This document shows positions 54,079 through 64,000 of a stretch of DNA of 64,000 bases, piece after piece. A program made the position numbers and the translations under genes. Source of the DNA: Vicinamibacteria bacterium (GTDB lineage: Bacteria > Acidobacteriota > Vicinamibacteria > Marinacidobacterales > Marinacidobacteraceae); NCBI GenBank assembly GCA_963555995.3, contig OY821641.1, positions 2,208,001 to 2,272,000 of the forward strand, in the 5' to 3' direction. Each line of letters starts with the position of its first letter. Positions within the stretch are counted from its first letter, which is position 1. Below the pieces are notes generated by a model. It worked only from the letters and a program-made list of their open reading frames with translations, had not been told where the DNA came from and searched no databases.

Positions 54079-55305
54079 ATGAGGCGGCCGAGTCCGCGCT
54101 GGCAGCGGATCCTGGTGCTCGCCGGCCTGGGGGCCGGCGCCCTCGGGATCGCCCTGTTCCAGGGCGCCGTGACGATGCCGGAACGGGTGGAATCGCTCTA
54201 CACCACGGGCATCTACCCGCTGGTCGTACGCGTCTTTTCGTTCCTGAGCGGCCTCGTTCCCTTCTCACTCGCCGAACTCTTCACCGCCGCGGCCGCCCTG
54301 TTCGTGATCGGCCGCGTCACCTGGCGCTTCACGGGCCGCTTCCGGCAACCGGCCCCGGCCGTGGAGGCCCGGTCCGGAGAAGCCCCCGCCGAAGCACCCG
54401 AAATGCCGGCGCGGTCCCCGGCGCACCGCGCGCTGCTCCGCCGGCTCGCCTACACCGCGGTGTTCGCCCTCGCCGGCGCCGGCGCCCTCTACGCGATCTT
54501 CGTCGTCGTCTGGGGCCTGAACTACGCCCGCCCCCGCCTCGAACACCGTCTGGACCTGCCCGTCGGCCAGATCTCGGAGCCCGAGCTCGTCCGGCTGACC
54601 ACCCGGGTCGCCGCGGACACCACCCGCTTCCACCGGCTCGCCGGGCTGCCGACCGCCGCGGTCTCGAAGAACCCCCTCGATTTCGCCGACCTCAGCGCCG
54701 CCATTGACGAGGCCTACGACGCGATCGCTCTCCCCGGCGATCCCGGCCCCGGGAGGACGAGTCCGGTGAAACCGGCCGTCTTCTCGGGGCTGATGTCCCG
54801 GCTCGGGATCAGCGGCATCTTCGTTCCCTTCACCGGCGAACCCACGGTGAACACCGGCCCGCCCGACGTCGCCGTGGCGTTCACCGCCGCCCACGAGAAG
54901 GCGCACCAGCGGGCCATCACCCACGAGGGGGAAGCGAGCTTCGCCGCCTACCTGGCGCTCTCCCGCCAGCGGCGGCACCCCTACCTTTCCTACGCCGCCT
55001 CCTTCTTCGCCGCCCGGCACCTGCTGGCGGCCGTCCGGAACGCCGACGCCGAGGACCGGGACCGTGCCTGGGCCGCCTTCGGCCCCGGCCCGCGCCGCGA
55101 CCTGGACGCCCTCAACGCCTTCTGGGCCCAGCACCGCGGCATGGTCCGGGGCGCCGCGCGCCGCGTGAACGACTCCTACCTGCGCACCATGCGGATCCCG
55201 GACGGCGCCCGCAGCTACGGAACGGTGGTGCGGCTCCTGATCGCCGACCTCCGCCAGCGGTCGGCGCCCCCGGCCGCGATCACGACCGACGACAGCGAGG
55301 GCTGA
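54079..55305 (+). CDS. DUF3810-like membrane zinc protein
   Basis: VESLYTTGIYP, PFSLAE, WGLNYAR, GIFVPFTGEPTVN, AHEKAHQ..HEGEASF. Confidence 0.82.
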   Translation: MRRPSPRWQRILVLAGLGAGALGIALFQGAVTMPERVESLYTTGIYPLVVRVFSFLSGLVPFSLAELFTAAAALFVIGRVTWRFTGRFRQPAPAVEARSGEAPAEAPEMPARSPAHRALLRRLAYTAVFALAGAGALYAIFVVVWGLNYARPRLEHRLDLPVGQISEPELVRLTTRVAADTTRFHRLAGLPTAAVSKNPLDFADLSAAIDEAYDAIALPGDPGPGRTSPVKPAVFSGLMSRLGISGIFVPFTGEPTVNTGPPDVAVAFTAAHEKAHQRAITHEGEASFAAYLALSRQRRHPYLSYAASFFAARHLLAAVRNADAEDRDRAWAAFGPGPRRDLDALNAFWAQHRGMVRGAARRVNDSYLRTMRIPDGARSYGTVVRLLIADLRQRSAPPAAITTDDSEG

Positions 55306-55319
55306 TCGGGGCGGCGCTC

Positions 55320-56804
55320 CTATGGCGCCGCGAAGCGCGCCGCGGTCTCGAACAGCGTCCGCACGCTGAAGCCGGTGGCCCCCTTCGGGTAGTACTTCCA
55401 GGGCTTCTCCACGATGAAGGGGCCGGCGATGTCGAGGTGGGCCCACTTCGCGCCTTCGGGCACGAACTCCTGCAGGAAGAGCCCGGCGGTGATGGCGCCG
55501 GCGTTGACGCCGCCGATGTTCTTGAGGTCCGCCGAGTCGCAGCGGAGTTCCTCGGCGTACTCCTTCACGAGCGGCAGCTCCCAGAACACCTCGCCGTGCG
55601 GCTCGCCGGCTTCGATCACCCGGCGCACCCAGGCGGCGTCGTTCCCCATGACCCCGGCGACGCCGGTCCCGATCGCCCGCACCACGGCGCCGGTCAGGGT
55701 GGCGACGTCCACGATGTGGGTGGCGCCCTCCTCCCCGGCGCGGGCGAGGGCGTCGGTGAGCACCAGCCGGCCCTCGGCGTCGGTGTTGTCCACCATCACG
55801 TGCTTGCCGTTCCGGGCGCGGAAGATGTCTCCCGGCCGGGTGGCCGAAGGCCCCGGGTAGTTCTCCGCGGTCGCCACGATGCCGGTGACCGTCGCCGGGA
55901 CGCCCTCGCGGGCCACCGCCGACATGGCGGCGAGGACGGCCGCCGCGCCGGACATGTCGCCCTTCATGGTCCACATCCCCGAGGGCGGCTTGAGCGAGAT
56001 GCCGCCGGTGTCGAAGGTGATGCCCTTGCCCACCAGCGCCAGGTGCCGGCCGTTCCCCCGCGCGTCCGCGGGGCGGTGGCGGAGCACGATCAGGCGCGGC
56101 GGCCGGTGGCTCCCCTGCCCTACGGAGATCAGGCCGGGATAGCCCTCTTCCCGGAGCGCGTTCTCGTTCCAGACCTGGACTTCGAGACCGGTGTCGGCCG
56201 CGATCCGGTGCGCTTCCCGCGCCAGCGTCTCGGGAGTGACCGCTTCCGCGGGCTCGTTGATGAGGTCCCGGGCGCGGTTCACCTCGGAAGCCAGCCGGAC
56301 CGCGCGCGCCACCGCGTCCCGCGCCTCGTCGAGGGCTTCCTCGGCGACCACGATGCGCACGCGGGGCGACCCCGGATTTCCGGGATCCTTGAAGTAGCGC
56401 GCGAACCGATACGCCCCGAGCGTGGCACCCTCCGCCACGTCTCCCGCGAAGCGGGGACCGTCGGCGCCCTGGAGCGGGAAGACCAGTTCGGCGTGACGGA
56501 AGTCGCGGGCGTGCTTCAGCGCGCGCGCCGCCAGGATGCGGATGCCGTCGGACACCGGATAGTTGGCGGTGGCCCGGGTGTGGAGGGCGAGCGTCGAAGC
56601 GCTCCGCGGGCCGCCGTGGCCGGCCACCGCCCGCTTGACCTTCGCGTCCCCGAAGACCCGCTTCGCGTTCGTCACGAAGTCCTTCTCCCACGGCGCCGCC
56701 GGGGCGGCGAGGTCGAGGCCGTCGTCGAGGAGATACGCCACCAGCGAACCGCCGCGCGCGGCGGCGTCCGCCGAAACCCGAACCTCCGGTGTCTCAGTCC
56801 TCAT
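55320..56804 (-). CDS. pepA: Leucyl aminopeptidase (M17)
   Basis: [44 protein letters not shown]. Confidence 0.95.
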   Translation of the reverse strand: MRTETPEVRVSADAAARGGSLVAYLLDDGLDLAAPAAPWEKDFVTNAKRVFGDAKVKRAVAGHGGPRSASTLALHTRATANYPVSDGIRILAARALKHARDFRHAELVFPLQGADGPRFAGDVAEGATLGAYRFARYFKDPGNPGSPRVRIVVAEEALDEARDAVARAVRLASEVNRARDLINEPAEAVTPETLAREAHRIAADTGLEVQVWNENALREEGYPGLISVGQGSHRPPRLIVLRHRPADARGNGRHLALVGKGITFDTGGISLKPPSGMWTMKGDMSGAAAVLAAMSAVAREGVPATVTGIVATAENYPGPSATRPGDIFRARNGKHVMVDNTDAEGRLVLTDALARAGEEGATHIVDVATLTGAVVRAIGTGVAGVMGNDAAWVRRVIEAGEPHGEVFWELPLVKEYAEELRCDSADLKNIGGVNAGAITAGLFLQEFVPEGAKWAHLDIAGPFIVEKPWKYYPKGATGFSVRTLFETAARFAAP

Positions 56805-58773
56805 CGTCGTACTCCTCCCTGAGCTGCTGCACCACCGCCGGATCGGCCAGCGTGGTGGTGTCTCCGATCGCCTTGCCGGCCGCGATGTCGCGGAGCAGGC
56901 GGCGCATGATCTTTCCCGACCGCGTCTTCGGGACGTCGGCGGCGAACACGATGTCGTCGGGGCGCGCGATGGGCCCGATCGCGCGGGCCACGTGCGCCTT
57001 CAGTTCGGCGGCGAGGCCGTCGTGGGACGAGGCGCTCTCCCGGAGCACCACGAACGCGGCGATCCCCTCGCCCTTGATCTCGTGCGGCCGGCCGACCACC
57101 GCGGCCTCCGCGACCGCCGCGTGCTCGACGAGCGCGCTCTCCACCTCGGCCGCCCCGAGGCGGTGGCCGGAGACGTTCAGGACGTCGTCCACCCGGCCCA
57201 TCACCCAGAAACAGCCGTCCTCGTCGCGCCGCGCGCCGTCGGCGGGGAAGTAGATGTCCTGCCACTGGCTCCAGTAGGTCTCGCGGAAGCGCGCCTCGTC
57301 GCCCCAGATGCCGCGCAGCATCGAGGGCCAGGGCTTCGTGATGGCGAGCAGCCCGCCGCCCACCTCGACCCGGTTCCCCTGCCGGTCCAGGATGTCCAGC
57401 GCGATGCCCGGGAAGGCGTGGGTCGCGGAGCCCGGTTTCAGGGTGGTCACCCCGGGGAGCGCGCTGGCCATGATGGACCCCGTCTCCGTCTGCCACCAGG
57501 TGTCCACCACCGGACAGCGCCCGCCGCCGATCTCGCGGTGGTACCAGACCCACGCCTCGGGGTTGATGGGCTCGCCCACTGTGCCGAGCAGGCGGAGCGA
57601 GCTGAGGTCGTGCGCCGCCGGGTGCTCGGTCCCCCATTTCATGAAGGCGCGGATGGCGGTCGGCGCGGTGTAGAAGCAGGTCACCCGGTAGCGCTCCACG
57701 AGGGACCAGAGCCGGGCGCGGTTCGGGGTGTCGGGCGCGCCCTCGTACAGGACCTGGGTCACCCCGAGCGCCAGCGGGCCATAGACGATGTAGGAGTGGC
57801 CGGTGACCCAGCCGATGTCCGCCGCCGCCCACCAGATGTCCGAGTCCTTCAGGTCGAAGACCGCCCGCGCGGTGGCGGTGACCTGGGTGAGGTAGCCGCC
57901 GGTGGTGTGCACGATCCCCTTCGGCTTCCCGGTGGTGCCCGAGGTGTAGAGGATGTAGAGGATGTCCTCGGCGTCCATCTCCTCGGGCTCGGCGGTGTCG
58001 GCGGCGCCCTCCATCAGTTCCGCCCAGTCGTGGTCGCGGCCCGCCACCATGGGGACGTCCTCGCCGGTGCGGCGCACCATCACCACCCCGGTGATCGAGG
58101 GGGTGTCCTCGAGCGCCTCGTCGGAGATCGCCTTCAGGGGAACGATCCCGCCCCGCCGGTGCCCGCCGTCGGCGGTGATGAGCACCTTCGCCTCGGCGTC
58201 GTTGATCCGGTCCCGGAGCGACTGCGCCGAGAAGCCGGCGAAGACCACGCTGTGCGGCGCCCCGATCCGGGCGCAGGCGAGCATGGCGACCGGGAGCTCC
58301 GGGATCATGGGCAGGTAGATCGCCACCCGGTCGCCCTTCCGGACGCCGAGGCCGCGCAGGACGTTCGTGAAGCGGCAGACCTCGCGGTGCAGGTCGGCGT
58401 AGGTCAGGGTCTTCCGGTCGCCCGGCTCCCCCTCCCAGAGGATCGCCGGGCGATCGCCGCGGCCGTTCGCGAGGTGCCGGTCGAGGCAGTTGACGCTCGC
58501 GTTCAGCTTGCCGCCGACGAACCAGCGGGCGAAGGGCGGCTTCCAGTCGAGGACCCGGTCCCAGCGGCGGCTCCACTCGAGCCGTTCGGCCTGGGCGGCC
58601 CAGAACGCCTCCGGATCGGCTTCGGCCTCCCGGTAGATCGCGTCGTCCTGAACCCACGCCCGCCGGCGGAAGTCCTCCGGCGGCGGATACGCCCGCTGCT
58701 CGTCGAGCAGGACCTCGATCTCCTGCTCGGGGATTTCCTGCTCGGGGATTTCCTCTTGGGGTCGCTCGGCCAT
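56794..58773 (-). CDS. acs: Acetate--CoA ligase
   Basis: [47 protein letters not shown]. Confidence 0.96.
   Translation of the reverse strand: MAERPQEEIPEQEIPEQEIEVLLDEQRAYPPPEDFRRRAWVQDDAIYREAEADPEAFWAAQAERLEWSRRWDRVLDWKPPFARWFVGGKLNASVNCLDRHLANGRGDRPAILWEGEPGDRKTLTYADLHREVCRFTNVLRGLGVRKGDRVAIYLPMIPELPVAMLACARIGAPHSVVFAGFSAQSLRDRINDAEAKVLITADGGHRRGGIVPLKAISDEALEDTPSITGVVMVRRTGEDVPMVAGRDHDWAELMEGAADTAEPEEMDAEDILYILYTSGTTGKPKGIVHTTGGYLTQVTATARAVFDLKDSDIWWAAADIGWVTGHSYIVYGPLALGVTQVLYEGAPDTPNRARLWSLVERYRVTCFYTAPTAIRAFMKWGTEHPAAHDLSSLRLLGTVGEPINPEAWVWYHREIGGGRCPVVDTWWQTETGSIMASALPGVTTLKPGSATHAFPGIALDILDRQGNRVEVGGGLLAITKPWPSMLRGIWGDEARFRETYWSQWQDIYFPADGARRDEDGCFWVMGRVDDVLNVSGHRLGAAEVESALVEHAAVAEAAVVGRPHEIKGEGIAAFVVLRESASSHDGLAAELKAHVARAIGPIARPDDIVFAADVPKTRSGKIMRRLLRDIAAGKAIGDTTTLADPAVVQQLREEYDDED
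58721..58754. repeat. 15-bp in-frame tandem repeat in the acs 5' end
   Basis: TCCTGCTCGGGGATT x2 plus a partial copy, encoding [11 protein letters not shown]. Confidence 0.85.
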
Positions 58774-58877
58774 CGGACGATTTTAGGAGGCTTCCCGGTG
58801 AAGCGGCACGCCAACATTGCGTGATTCCGCCGCGTACACCCGGGTCCTCGGGTCGGATTTCGCCGAACCACACCGAC

Positions 58878-58897
58878 GTAGCTACAATAGGGCTACA
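58878..58897 (+). promoter_or_regulatory. Promoter/operator of dinJ-yafQ
   Basis: GTAGCTAC palindrome overlapping TACAAT; GCTACA repeated at an 11-nt period. Confidence 0.5.
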
Positions 58898-58905
58898 CGC
58901 CGTCC

Positions 58906-59187
58906 ATGAGAGCCGATTCCGTCGTCCGCGCCCGCCTCGATCGCGACACCAAGGACCGCGCCACGGAAGCGCTTCGGGAAATGGGCCTTTCGGTGTCGGA
59001 GGCGATTCGTCTGCTGCTCCGGCGGGTGGCGGAGGAAAAGCGGCTGCCGTTCGCGGTCGAGGTCCCGAACGCCGCTACGGTCAGAGCAATGAACGAATTG
59101 GACGAGGGGCGCGGCCGGCGCTTCGAAAATGTGGAGGAACTCTTTCAGGATCTCGAGAACGAGGATCCTGTGGACAAGATGACGTGA
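58906..59187 (+). CDS. dinJ: RelB/DinJ family antitoxin
   Basis: VRARLD..KDRA..L..MGLSVSEAIRLLL..LPF...PNAAT..AM. Confidence 0.9.
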   Translation: MRADSVVRARLDRDTKDRATEALREMGLSVSEAIRLLLRRVAEEKRLPFAVEVPNAATVRAMNELDEGRGRRFENVEELFQDLENEDPVDKMT

Positions 59188-59197
59188 GCGTTGGCGG

Positions 59198-59467
59198 GTG
59201 CTGACACCGGTCCGATCCACCCGATTCCGACGCGACTTGAAACGCCTCCGCAAGCAGGGGAAGAACCTGGCCAAACTCCGAGGTCTGCTCGAGCGGTTGG
59301 TCCGAGAAGAACCGCTTTCCGCCCGACACCGGGACCACGCCCTCCGGGGCCCATGGAACGGCTATCGGGAGACGCACATCGAAGGAGACTGGCTGCTCAT
59401 CTACCGCGTTGAAGGGCAGGATCTGCTGTTGGCCCGTACGGGATCGCACTCCGAGCTGCTTGAGTAG
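59198..59467 (+). CDS. yafQ: YafQ family mRNA interferase toxin
   Basis: FRRDLKR, RDHALRGPW, RETHIEGDWLLIY, RTGSHSEL. Confidence 0.92.
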   Translation: MLTPVRSTRFRRDLKRLRKQGKNLAKLRGLLERLVREEPLSARHRDHALRGPWNGYRETHIEGDWLLIYRVEGQDLLLARTGSHSELLE

Positions 59468-59506
59468 CCGGGTGTCCGGACGCACCGCCGCCCGGCGGGC
59501 GCGTCC

Positions 59507-61048
59507 TCAGAAGATGGCCTGGCGGACGCGGCGGCGGGCTGAACGGACCGGGCCGAGGAGGAGGACCGCCACGGTGACGATCTCGAGCCGGCCGGCGATC
59601 ATCAGCGCCGCGAGGATGAGCTTCGCGGCGTCGGGGAGGTGGGCGTAGCTGGCCGCCGGCCCCACCGCCCCGAGCCCGGGACCCACGTTCGTCACCGCGG
59701 CGGCGGCGGCGCTGAACGCGGTCAGCAGGTCCACCCCCATCGCCGCGATGGCCAGCGCGCCGGCGACCGCGCAGAACACGAACAGGAGCACGACCTCGCC
59801 GATGGTCGAACTCAGCGAGAGCGAGACCGGGCGGCGGCCGATGTGGACGCGCAGCTCGGTGTGGGGCTGGGTCGCCACCCGCAGCGCGAGCGGCACCTTG
59901 CGGAACAGGATCACCCAGCGCAGGATCTTGATCGAGCCCGCCGTCGAGCCGGCGCAGCCGCCCGCGAACATGAGGACGAGCACCAGCATCCGCGAGAATT
60001 CCGACCACTGGTTGTAGTCCACGACGGAGTAGCCGGTGGTGGTGATCACCGCGATGGCCGTGAACGCCGCCTCGCGCAGGCCGTCCATGGATCCCTGCCC
60101 CATCAGGTAGAGGCTGAGGAACAGCAGCCCGGTGCTCACCGCCACCACCCCGATGTAGAGGCGCAGCTCCGGGTCCGAGAAGTAGCTGGCGGCCGGCGCC
60201 CCGCTCACCCGCTTCCCGGAACGGTCCCGGAGACGCCGCCAGAGACGCCGCGCGCCGGCGACGATGCGCTTCACCTCGTAGATGTGGATGGCGAAGCGCA
60301 TGCCGCCGATCACCATGAAGACGATGATCACCCACTGCACGGCGGGGTCGAACGCCCCGACGCTCGCGTTCCGGGTGGAGAAACCGCCGGTGGCCAGGGT
60401 GGTGAACGCGTGGCAGACCGCATCGAACGCGGGGACGTCGAGGAACAGGAGGATTCCGATCAGGATCGCGGTGAGGACCGACCCGACGACGACGGTGTCG
60501 CGCGCCGTCTCGGAGATCTTGGGTTCGGTCTTCTCGGCGGTGGGGCCGGGGGCCTCCGCGGACAGCACGTCCACCCCCCACTGACGGCGGCCCAGCAGCC
60601 AGACGAAGATGATGATGATCCCGAGCCCGCCGAGCCACTGGGTCATCGCGCGCCAGAGCAGCAGGGAGCGCGGCAGCCACTCCACCTCCGGGAAGATGGT
60701 GGCCCCCGTGGTCGAGAACCCGGAGGCGGACTCGAAGAGGCCGTTCACCGCGAAGCCGGGGCCGAACTCCGCGACGTACGGCAGCGCCCCGAACACGGTG
60801 CAAAGACACCACGCCAGCACCACGAAGCGGTAGGCGCGGCTGCCGTCCGTGGAGGAGCCGGACCTGCCGATCAGCGGCGCGAAGCGGCGGCCGAGCGCGC
60901 CGACCCCGAGCCCGAGCGCCGCGGACGCGGCGAAGGCCAGCCACGCCGGCTCCCCGTGCGCCAGCGCCACCGCCAGCGGAATGAGCAGCGCCAGTCCGAG
61001 CGCCTCCGCCAGCCGGCCGAGCAGCGCGATCGTTTCGGCGCGGGTCAT
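59507..61048 (-). CDS. trkH: Trk potassium uptake membrane protein
   Basis: Pore motifs STTGAT, ATGGFS, TTTGYS, TNVGPG; QWLGGLG, GSTAGSIK, GRLEI. Confidence 0.93.
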   Translation of the reverse strand: MTRAETIALLGRLAEALGLALLIPLAVALAHGEPAWLAFAASAALGLGVGALGRRFAPLIGRSGSSTDGSRAYRFVVLAWCLCTVFGALPYVAEFGPGFAVNGLFESASGFSTTGATIFPEVEWLPRSLLLWRAMTQWLGGLGIIIIFVWLLGRRQWGVDVLSAEAPGPTAEKTEPKISETARDTVVVGSVLTAILIGILLFLDVPAFDAVCHAFTTLATGGFSTRNASVGAFDPAVQWVIIVFMVIGGMRFAIHIYEVKRIVAGARRLWRRLRDRSGKRVSGAPAASYFSDPELRLYIGVVAVSTGLLFLSLYLMGQGSMDGLREAAFTAIAVITTTGYSVVDYNQWSEFSRMLVLVLMFAGGCAGSTAGSIKILRWVILFRKVPLALRVATQPHTELRVHIGRRPVSLSLSSTIGEVVLLFVFCAVAGALAIAAMGVDLLTAFSAAAAAVTNVGPGLGAVGPAASYAHLPDAAKLILAALMIAGRLEIVTVAVLLLGPVRSARRRVRQAIF

Positions 61049-61073
61049 GTCCGTCGGAGGGGTTCCCAGCGGC

Positions 61074-62447
61074 TCAGTTGCGGCGGCCGAACAGCGCTTC
61101 GAGTTCCGAGAGCAGCGAGTCGGGCTCGCCGGACCTTCCCACCGCGTGCTGGCTCATGAAGAGGGCCACCCGGTCGCCGGCGACGAACTCGGTGTCGCCG
61201 TTCGGCACGAAGGGCGCCGAACGCTCCCGCACCACCTCGCCGATGATGCAGGTGTGGGGAAGCCCCAGCTTCCGGAGCGGCGCCCGGGTGGCCCGGCTGC
61301 CCTCGGCGACCTCGATCTCGACGAGTTCCCCGCCTCCCTCCACGAAGTCGAGACGGACCATCGCGCGGGTGTGCAGCAGCTTCATGAGGGCGCCCGCCGA
61401 GACCTCGCCGGGAGAGATCGGATGGTCCACCCCGAGTTCCTGCATGGCGTCGTGGAGGTCGTCCCGGTTGTGGAGGGCCACGGTCCGCTGCGCGCCCAGC
61501 TTCTTCGCGAGGTGCGCCGCCATCAGGTTCACCTCGTCGGCGTCGGTGGCGGCGACGAAGAAGTCCGCGCCGCCGACGCCGGCCTCCTGCAGGATGTCCT
61601 CGTCCGTCGCGTCCCCGACGATGGTGTGGGCCGCGAGCGGGAACCCCGACGCCGGGTGCCGCCGGATGGCGGTGAGGTCCACGTCCTCGTCGAGCAGCAG
61701 CTCGCCGAGGCGGCGGCCCACCTGCCCCAGCCCGGCGATCACCACCCGCTCGGGCGGCCGCTGGTCCACCCCGATCGCCTTCAGGTAGTTCCGCGCCTCG
61801 ACCGCGGGACCGACCGCGAAGATCTCGTCGCCCTCCTGGACCCGGGTGCGGCCGCGGGGGATCTCCAAGCGCCCGTTCCCCCGGCGGAGGATCCCGGTCA
61901 GCATCCAGCCGCGGGGCGCGGTATCAATCTCTTCGATCGGCCGGTCGAAGACGGTCGGGTCCCTCGGGGTCGCGCGCAGCAGCACCAGCACCCCCTCTCC
62001 GAACGAACGGACCGACCGCGCCCCCGGGTAGCGGAGGATGCCGAGGATCTCCTCCGCGACCAGCTCCTCCGGGAAGATGGTCTCGATCGCCTGCTGGCGG
62101 CCTCCCTCGGCGAGGAGCGGATTCTCCCGGTGTCGCTGGTCGCTCAAGCGGACCACGGCCCGCTTCACCCCGATCGCCCGGTCGGTCGCGGTGAGGGCGG
62201 CGAGCATGTTCGTCGCGTCGTCGTTGGTCAGCGCGAACAGCACGTCGGCGCCGGAACCGTGTTGCGTCAGGATGGCCGGGACGCGGGCGTCGCCCTCGGC
62301 GGTCCCGATGTCGTACTTCCGCTGCAGGTGGATCCGGGTCTCGGAGTCCCGTTCCACGAGGGTGATGTCGTGGTGTTCGGGAAGTCCGCTCAACTGGCGG
62401 ATGAGGTGCTCCCCCATCCGGCCCGCACCCAGAACTACAAGACGCAT
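61074..62447 (-). CDS. trkA: Trk potassium uptake regulatory subunit (two RCK domains)
   Basis: GAGRMG and GLGQVG Rossmann motifs; ALTNDDATN, AATDADEVN. Confidence 0.92.
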   Translation of the reverse strand: MRLVVLGAGRMGEHLIRQLSGLPEHHDITLVERDSETRIHLQRKYDIGTAEGDARVPAILTQHGSGADVLFALTNDDATNMLAALTATDRAIGVKRAVVRLSDQRHRENPLLAEGGRQQAIETIFPEELVAEEILGILRYPGARSVRSFGEGVLVLLRATPRDPTVFDRPIEEIDTAPRGWMLTGILRRGNGRLEIPRGRTRVQEGDEIFAVGPAVEARNYLKAIGVDQRPPERVVIAGLGQVGRRLGELLLDEDVDLTAIRRHPASGFPLAAHTIVGDATDEDILQEAGVGGADFFVAATDADEVNLMAAHLAKKLGAQRTVALHNRDDLHDAMQELGVDHPISPGEVSAGALMKLLHTRAMVRLDFVEGGGELVEIEVAEGSRATRAPLRKLGLPHTCIIGEVVRERSAPFVPNGDTEFVAGDRVALFMSQHAVGRSGEPDSLLSELEALFGRRN

Positions 62448-62502
62448 GGGCTGGAACCTCGTTGCCGGAGGATGGCCGGCGCGGGGAAACTACCCTAAGC
62501 AC

Positions 62503-63513
62503 GTGTCCGAGGAAAGGCTGCCCGAGGGAAAGATCCCGCCCCGCGTGCTCCGCGAACTGCTGGACCGGCTCGGAGCGGGCGCCGGACTCGAAATCGGGCC
62601 CGCGGCGGGCGAGGACGCCGCGGTGGCCGCGGCGGGAAGCGAGCCGCGCCTGGTGCTGGCGGCCGACCCGATCACCTTCCCGACCGCCGATCCCGGCTGG
62701 CACGCGGTGGTCGTGAACGCCAACGACGTGGCCGCCACCGGCGGGGAGTGCCGCTGGTTCCTCTCCCACGTGCTGCTGCCCCCCGGGGCCACCGGCGAGC
62801 GGGTCGCGCAGATCGCGGACGGCATCCGCCGGGGCTGCGAGGAGGTCGGCGCGGTCCCCGCCGGCGGACACACCGAGATCACCGCGGCGGTCGCGCGCGA
62901 GGTGGTCGCGGGGACCATGGTGGGCGTCGCCACCGCCGAGCGCGTCAAGCCCACCGGCGGCGCCCGCGAGGGCGACATGCTGGTGGTCACCAAGGGCGTC
63001 GCGATCGAGGCCACCGCCATCGTGGCCGCCGAGCGCGGGGACGAGGTCCGCCGGGTGTTCGGGGCGGACTTCCAGCGCCGCGCCGCCGCTTTCCTGACCG
63101 ATCCCGGGATCAGCGTGGTGGAGGAGGCGCGGGTCGCCGCCGGGATGCTCGAAGTGCACGCGATGCACGACGTCACCGAGGGCGGCATCGCGACCGCCGT
63201 CCGCGAGATGGCCGACGCCGCGGACCTCGGCGCCGTCCTCGCGGAGGCCGAGATCCCCCGGTTCTACGAGTCGAAGCGCCTCCTGAGCCACTTCGACCTC
63301 GACATCCTGGGGGCGATCGGTTCGGGCGCGCTCCTCATCGCCTGCGCGGAGCCGGAGACGGGGGAGTTGCTGGATCGGCTCCGGGAGGCGGGAACCCCCG
63401 GCCACGTCATCGGGCGCTTCCTCCGCCGCTCCTCCGGGTTGCAGCTCGCGCGCGGATCGGTGCGCCGGGACCTGCCGGTGTTCGACGCGGACGAGCTCAC
63501 CCGGCTCGCCTGA
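62503..63513 (+). CDS. AIR-synthase (PurM/HypE-like) family protein
   Basis: GTG 62503; GEDAAV, DPIT, NANDVA, GGHTE, MHDVTEGG, IGSGALL. Confidence 0.88.
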   Translation: MSEERLPEGKIPPRVLRELLDRLGAGAGLEIGPAAGEDAAVAAAGSEPRLVLAADPITFPTADPGWHAVVVNANDVAATGGECRWFLSHVLLPPGATGERVAQIADGIRRGCEEVGAVPAGGHTEITAAVAREVVAGTMVGVATAERVKPTGGAREGDMLVVTKGVAIEATAIVAAERGDEVRRVFGADFQRRAAAFLTDPGISVVEEARVAAGMLEVHAMHDVTEGGIATAVREMADAADLGAVLAEAEIPRFYESKRLLSHFDLDILGAIGSGALLIACAEPETGELLDRLREAGTPGHVIGRFLRRSSGLQLARGSVRRDLPVFDADELTRLA

Positions 63514-63558
63514 ACCGGGATCGGGAACAGAGCCCCCGGCGCGCCTAGAATGCACCCG

Positions 63559-64000
63559 ATGCCGCGCCCCCGCGCCCGCCGCGCCAACGCGTTCGGGCTG
63601 CTGTTTCTCGCCGGGTGGTGGGCCATGGGGTGCAACACCGGGGCGACCCCGGGCGCCCTCCCCACGCCGGATTTCCAGGCGCCGCTCAATGCCTCCTTCC
63701 CGCTGCGGGCCGGGGATGTCGGCTACGTCCAGGGCCAGACCGACTACCTCTACATCAGCGTGCAGTCGCTGGGCGCCGACAACCGGTGTCCCCCGGAGTC
63801 CGCCTGCGACGAGCCGGGGTTCCTGGAGGTCTTCCTCGAACTCGAGACCTCGGAGTCCCAGGGAGCCCTCGGGATGCGGGTCCCCCCCGAGGGAGACGCC
63901 GTCGGCACCTTCCAGGGCTTCGAGATCCGGATCCTGGGGGCGGCGCCGCCCGGCCGGACGACCCGCATCCCCACCACCGAGTACGTCTTCCTGATCTCGG
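63559..64000 (+). CDS. Hypothetical lipoprotein (3' end runs off the window)
   Basis: My translation: MPRPRARRANAFGLLFLAGWWAMGC (lipobox)...DNRCPPESACDEPG; frame is open to the window end; TAGAAT 7 nt upstream. Confidence 0.7.
   Translation, partial: MPRPRARRANAFGLLFLAGWWAMGCNTGATPGALPTPDFQAPLNASFPLRAGDVGYVQGQTDYLYISVQSLGADNRCPPESACDEPGFLEVFLELETSESQGALGMRVPPEGDAVGTFQGFEIRILGAAPPGRTTRIPTTEYVFLIS

Noticed and set aside
62503-63513. Hydrogenase maturation gene hypE or purM
   Set aside because: No C-terminal PRIC motif of HypE and no hyp or pur neighbours; kept as a generic AIR-synthase-family protein.

Overview
A very GC-rich bacterial chromosomal window. The gene content (planctomycete-type cytochrome-c DUF clusters, signal-peptide ankyrin proteins, a Uma2-like nuclease, several toxin-antitoxin (TA) pairs, F420 genes) resembles Acidobacteriota or host-associated MAGs, but that taxonomy is inference only. 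About 50 real CDSs can be separated from the many GC shadow ORFs. Housekeeping and transport genes include metG, an Fe(III) ABC transporter with a Fur-like box, an HtrA protease, three SSS symporters, cofE plus npdG, xth, lhgO, pepA, acs and trkHA. The most notable content is: (i) two tandem paralogous three-gene modules (di-haem DUF1592-type protein, Tat-exported DUF1552, exported ankyrin protein ending in CVGC); (ii) a DUF1549/1553-DUF1501-FGE-like operon ending in a Tat-signal isocitrate-lyase-family protein; (iii) a family of about 19 REP-like hairpins with compensatory base changes that form 199-bp REPIN-like elements and sit beside accessory cassettes (AAA-DUF4143, HipBA, VapBC, MNT-HEPN); (iv) a perfect 22-bp inverted repeat directly before the AAA-DUF4143 gene, with an orphan look-alike 48 kb away; (v) repeated leaderless-type promoter architecture. 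No rRNA, tRNA, CRISPR array, integrase or transposase was recognised. Family assignments come from motif recognition by eye, not from database searches.
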